Assembly (NCBI GenBank): GCA_963847445.1
Contig: CAWJZV010000015.1
Location: 96,001 to 160,000, forward strand
Direction: 5' to 3'
From: an uncultured delta proteobacterium
GTDB taxonomy: Bacteria; Desulfobacterota; Binatia; UBA9968
Length of the DNA: 64,000 nt
The position numbers and the translations under genes were made by a program. Shown one piece after another: positions 60,444-64,000 of the stretch. How positions within the stretch are numbered: the first letter of the stretch is position 1; each line of letters begins with the position of its first letter. The notes below the pieces were generated by a model. That model had not been told where the DNA came from, ran no database searches, and saw only the letters and a list, made by a program, of their open reading frames with translations.

Positions 60444-60618
60444 TGTCGTGCCTCCTTAACCACTCAAGCCGTTTGATCCGCGCTTGCATGGGAATGGGTG
60501 TGAGAGAGATTCATCAGCAAAGGACTTGGTCCCGGTTTTGAATTTGCTTTTAGTGTTCATTGGTTTAAAGTCGCTGATAAAGACGCGCGATGCTGAATGC
60601 ATCGCCTCCAAGGTCTCG

Positions 60619-61041
60619 TTAGCCTCTTAAGCGGAAGTGTTTGTGGCGCACACCGGCTCGCTCCGTTCGGAATCGCGGCACTTCACTTGTCCTACCTCCG
60701 CGGGTGACGACCCATTGATTTAATCCTCTCCTCAGATAACCAGGATCGATGCCCAGGGCGTCGCAGATGTTGCTAAAAGAAAAGACCCGCTCGCTGTCAT
60801 CGGGAGCGTTGAGCCAATTTTTCGCGTCGTGAAAGTCGCGCCGTTGGCGGCGCGTGGAATAACGCGGATCGATTGACAGGCACGCGACAACATCTTCCAA
60901 CACCGCCGCTATGAGGCGTCGCTCGGGATCGCAATAATGGTTTTTTCGCAAGGTTGAATAAAAACGCTCTGGCAGCAATGTGTCGGACTCGAATAAATGA
61001 CCGATATCTTGATGTGCATACTCGCGTGATCCCAAGCCCAT
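60619..61041 (-). CDS. Hypothetical protein, possibly DNA-binding
   Basis: FESDTLLPERF..ERRLIAAVLEDVV..FSFSNICDALGIDPGYLRRGL; divergent from the LysR gene. Confidence 0.65.
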   Translation of the reverse strand: MGLGSREYAHQDIGHLFESDTLLPERFYSTLRKNHYCDPERRLIAAVLEDVVACLSIDPRYSTRRQRRDFHDAKNWLNAPDDSERVFSFSNICDALGIDPGYLRRGLNQWVVTRGGRTSEVPRFRTERAGVRHKHFRLRG

Positions 61042-61134
61042 AATTGTCGACTCCGTTAGCGACCTTGTCTTAGTGACTCCGGCAACGTAATGCCTAGCCT
61101 GCAATTTGACAAATTCATAATAGTTGATTGATTG

Positions 61135-61149
61135 ATAGAAAAAACCGAA
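61135..61149. promoter_or_regulatory. Candidate LysR T-N11-A box
   Basis: a-TAGAAAAAACCGA-a in the AT-rich divergent spacer just upstream of the nhaR-like ATG. Confidence 0.4.
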
Positions 61150-61165
61150 CTATGATGAAGCCGCT

Positions 61166-62065
61166 ATGGAGTGGCTTAACTACCATCATCTTTTGTATTT
61201 CTGGACTGTGGCGCGGATTGGCAGCGTGTCGCGTGCCGGCGAGGAGTTGCGCCTCACCCAAGCGACGGTCAGTGCGCAGGTCAAGTCTCTGGAAAACGCA
61301 ATGGGCGAAAAGCTGTTTCGCCGTTCCGGGCGCAAGCTGATTTTGACCGATACCGGCAAAGTGGTGTTTCGTTATGCCGATGAGATATTTTCTTTGGGAC
61401 AGGAGATGATGGGGACGCTCAAAGGCCGGCCCGAAGGCCGCCTCGCCCGGCTGACGATCGGAGTGGCCGATGTCCTACCGAAGCTCGTCGCATATCGACT
61501 CATTGAACCGGCGCTCAGCCTGAAAGACTCCTACCGGATTATCTGCCGGGAAGGCACTAACGAGGAGCTCCTGCCGGCGTTGGCGCTGCACGATGTCGAC
61601 GTGGTGTTGACCGATTCTCCGATCGACCCGGCGCTCAATGTCAAAGCGTTCAACCACCTGCTTGGCGAATGCGGCATGATTCTTTTTGGCGCAGCTAAAT
61701 TAGCGGCGCAATACCGCCGCGGTTTCCCGCGTTCACTCGACGGCGCGCCGTTTTTGATGCCAACACGAAACACGACGGCGCGCCGCTCATTGGATCAGTG
61801 GTTTGATGGTAAAAACATCGTTCCGCGCATCGTCGCGGAGTTCGAAGACAACGCTCTGTTGAAGGTGTTTGGCCAACGCGGGCTGGGCTTATTCTTCGCG
61901 CCGTCTGTGATCGCCGCGGAAGTGCAAAAGCAGTACAAGGTAAATATCGTCGGCAATCTCGGCGACGTGATCGAGCGGTTCTACGCGATTTCTCTGGACC
62001 GCAAATTGAAACATCCTGCGGTAGTGGCGATTTCGGAAGCCGCTAAAGCTCGTCTCGGCGATTGA
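61166..62065 (+). CDS. nhaR: LysR family transcriptional activator, NhaR-like
   Basis: MEWLNYHHLLYFWTVA, IGVADVLPKLVAY, EFEDNALLKVFG, FYAIS..RKLKHPAV. Confidence 0.88.
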   Translation: MEWLNYHHLLYFWTVARIGSVSRAGEELRLTQATVSAQVKSLENAMGEKLFRRSGRKLILTDTGKVVFRYADEIFSLGQEMMGTLKGRPEGRLARLTIGVADVLPKLVAYRLIEPALSLKDSYRIICREGTNEELLPALALHDVDVVLTDSPIDPALNVKAFNHLLGECGMILFGAAKLAAQYRRGFPRSLDGAPFLMPTRNTTARRSLDQWFDGKNIVPRIVAEFEDNALLKVFGQRGLGLFFAPSVIAAEVQKQYKVNIVGNLGDVIERFYAISLDRKLKHPAVVAISEAAKARLGD

Positions 62066-62164
62066 CAGGCGTAAGGCTTTGATTGGCTTTGGGTGCCAAT
62101 CCCCGCAAGCGCACCGATCGAAGCAAAGAGAGCCAATCCAGGAAATTCGCGAATGCGGTGGACG

Positions 62165-62530
62165 CTAAAAACGCCCGCGATGGGCCAGGTTGTTTTCCAG
62201 GGCAAAGACAAACACCCGTTCGCCGCTCTCGGTGCTGATGTCGGTATGCAGATCGAGGATTTTCGTGCCGGCAAGATCGCCAATCACCTGATACAAAAGG
62301 GGGCGGGCCTTGTCGATCAGAGTTGCACGCATTTTTTTGACCAATTCTTTGCCGTCGATCGATTTGCTTAACTGTTCTTCGGCCGGGGTTAAAACGCCTT
62401 TGAGGCGAACGACAACCAAGTCTTCAACGATATAAGTGCGGGTCTCTTTCGGGCCGCGGCCCATGTAGTCGATCTCGAACTGAATGATGGCTTGGCTAAT
62501 GGCTGCTTCGATTTCGCCTTTGGTTTTCAT
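62165..62530 (-). CDS. DUF2294 / MpsC family protein
   Basis: KTKGEIEAAIS..YMGRGP..GVLTPAE..LHTDISTESGERV. Confidence 0.85.
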   Translation of the reverse strand: MKTKGEIEAAISQAIIQFEIDYMGRGPKETRTYIVEDLVVVRLKGVLTPAEEQLSKSIDGKELVKKMRATLIDKARPLLYQVIGDLAGTKILDLHTDISTESGERVFVFALENNLAHRGRF

Positions 62531-62581
62531 AGGCCAGCGGAGAACGAAAAAAGCCGCACGCCCAGTCGCGTGGCGCCAGAT

Positions 62582-62935
62582 TCAAGAGCGCAGCAATTCA
62601 TTCACGGCGGCTTCGTTGAAGCCGGTTAATTTTTTCTTGCCTTTAACGATGACCGGGCGTTTCAACAGATTCGCATCCTTGAGCATGAGCTTGATCGCCT
62701 CGTCTTTGCTCGGCGGCTTCTGCTTCATGTTCATCTCGCGGTAGAGCGGCGTACGCGTGCTGAGAAACGGTTCGATGGGATCGTTGCCGATGAGTTCGCG
62801 CAGCTCGTTCTCGGTGAACGGCGTCTTGCCGTATTCTCTTTCTTCGAAGTCGACTTTTTTCGATTGCAAGAAACTTCTTGCTTTGCGGCAAGTGGTTCAG
62901 GTGGCTTTGTAGATAAAGCGGATTTTGTCGGCCAT
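62582..62935 (-). CDS. ArsC/Spx family thioredoxin-fold protein, probable selenoprotein (UTTC)
   Basis: ATG 62935 reads MADKIRFIYKAT-TGA-TTCRKARSFLQ in frame with ORF 62582-62869 (..LLKRPVIV..GFN); hairpin after the UGA. Confidence 0.8.
62866..62881 (-). promoter_or_regulatory. Candidate bacterial SECIS hairpin
   Basis: GCAAGA-AGTT-TCTTGC; stem starts 15 nt and loop 21 nt after the UGA; G then U in the apical loop. Confidence 0.55.
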
Positions 62936-62945
62936 GAAAATCTCT

Positions 62946-63014
62946 CGGAGTGATGGAGTATTGAAGTGCAGGGTTCGGAATCCAAGCCGGACTCCGATCA
63001 CTCCAGTACTCCAA
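62946..63014. repeat. TGGAGTRN octamer hairpin, copy 6
   Basis: cggagtga tggagtat tgaagtgc ... tcactcca gtactcca. Confidence 0.75.
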
Positions 63015-63036
63015 CTTACCCTACCAGTCGCGGCGT

Positions 63037-64000
63037 TTATTTAAAGAACTTGGCGACTCTTTCGAAGGCGGCCGATTCGACTTCGTTGCGCACCGGCCAT
63101 TCGGATTTCGACTTCAACGGAATCGTCGCGTCGATGATCGCCACCGCGTCGCCCAACCAGCCGCGGAAGCTTTGCACTTCGCGGATGATCTCGATGTCTT
63201 TGTCCCAATGGACCCGGGTAGCCACCGCCCACATGACTTCGCGCTCGTTAAAAACGTCGATATCGTCGTCGACGATGACCGCCAGCTTCAAGTTGGGCAT
63301 CTCGACGAACGCCTGCATGCCGGCTTTGTTGGGTTCGTTCTCGAACTCTTTCTTGATCGAGATGTAGCAAATGCAGCGGCCGCAGCCCGACGCGGCGAGG
63401 TGAATGCCTTTGATGCCCGGGAACGTTTTTCTTGATGACGTTGTAAGTGCTGCCTTCTTTGGGCACGGAGCCGAGATTCCAGTGGTCCATGTGGCCGGGC
63501 CAGAAGTCCTCGACGATGCCGCCGCGCCGGTGCGTGATGGCGGTGACTTCGATGACCGGCACGTCCATTTTCGGCTGCGCGTAGCCGAGAATTTCACCGA
63601 AAGGATTTTGCTCTTTGCGCACGCCCGGCAAGATCTCGCCCTCAATGATGACTTCGGCGTCGGCAGGAACCATGAATTTATCGCCCCAGGTGGTCGAAGG
63701 CGTCAGCCGCAGCGGTTCTTTTAAGAACGCCGACGCGGTTAGATAGTCGTTGTTGCCCATCGCCGTCATCGCGCAGGATGAAAGATAAAATGCCGGATGA
63801 TGGCCGAGGATGACGATCACCGGCGCGCGCAGGTTCTTCTCTTCATACTCGCAAGCCATCGCTTCCAGGTGATGATGCTTGTGCGCCGAAAAGCTCATAT
63901 GCTTGGGGTCGTGGAATTTATTCTTGGTGAAAGTGATGTCGTAGTATTCCTGGTTCAAACCCTTCATGGCGCAGGTCATGGTGTGATACGGGCCAGCGTC
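63037..64000 (-). CDS. UbiD family (prFMN-dependent) decarboxylase, 5'-truncated by window edge, frameshifted near 63420
   Basis: VPADAEVIIEG, NPFGEILGY, VTAITHR, VIVDDDIDVF..VMWAVATR, IIDAT. Confidence 0.88.

Noticed and set aside
60444-60618. yybP-ykoY manganese riboswitch ahead of the terC/alx unit
   Set aside because: Expected from gene context, but I could not find the GGGGAGUA...GAGACC signature by eye; an Rfam scan would settle it.

Overview
GC-rich bacterial chromosomal window, gene-dense. The gene content (orphan NitT/TauT and TctC binding proteins, VOC, amidohydrolase and UbiD enzymes, a thrS-infC-rpmI-rplT-pheST-ihfA-merR-tRNA-Pro block) suggests a deltaproteobacteria-like lineage, possibly Candidatus Binatia; this is an inference. 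About 20 genes, including conserved ones (pheT, purC, thiC), are split by frameshifts, which points to uncorrected long-read indel errors rather than real pseudogenes. 1-28 kb: catabolic and accessory genes (ALDH, enoyl-CoA hydratase, M20 hydrolase, PhoD, ald, two divergent carboxyltransferase paralogues, several unexplained secreted proteins). 28-45 kb: housekeeping core with tRNA-Val(GAC) and tRNA-Pro(GGG). 45-64 kb: a DAB/MpsAB-type inorganic carbon pump (extended DabB, DabA, SbtB-like PII) sits between purC and purE-purK, close to thiC, and is followed by USP, TerC, NhaR-like LysR and MpsC genes. Highlights: the carbon pump placed at the AIR/CAIR branch point, an ArsC/Spx-family gene with an in-frame UGA at a UxxC motif plus a SECIS-like hairpin (candidate selenoprotein missed by the ORF track), a family of intergenic hairpins built from 7-8 bp tandem units, a perfect CRP-type palindrome and a sigma-54 promoter. 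No CRISPR array, rRNA or transposase was seen.
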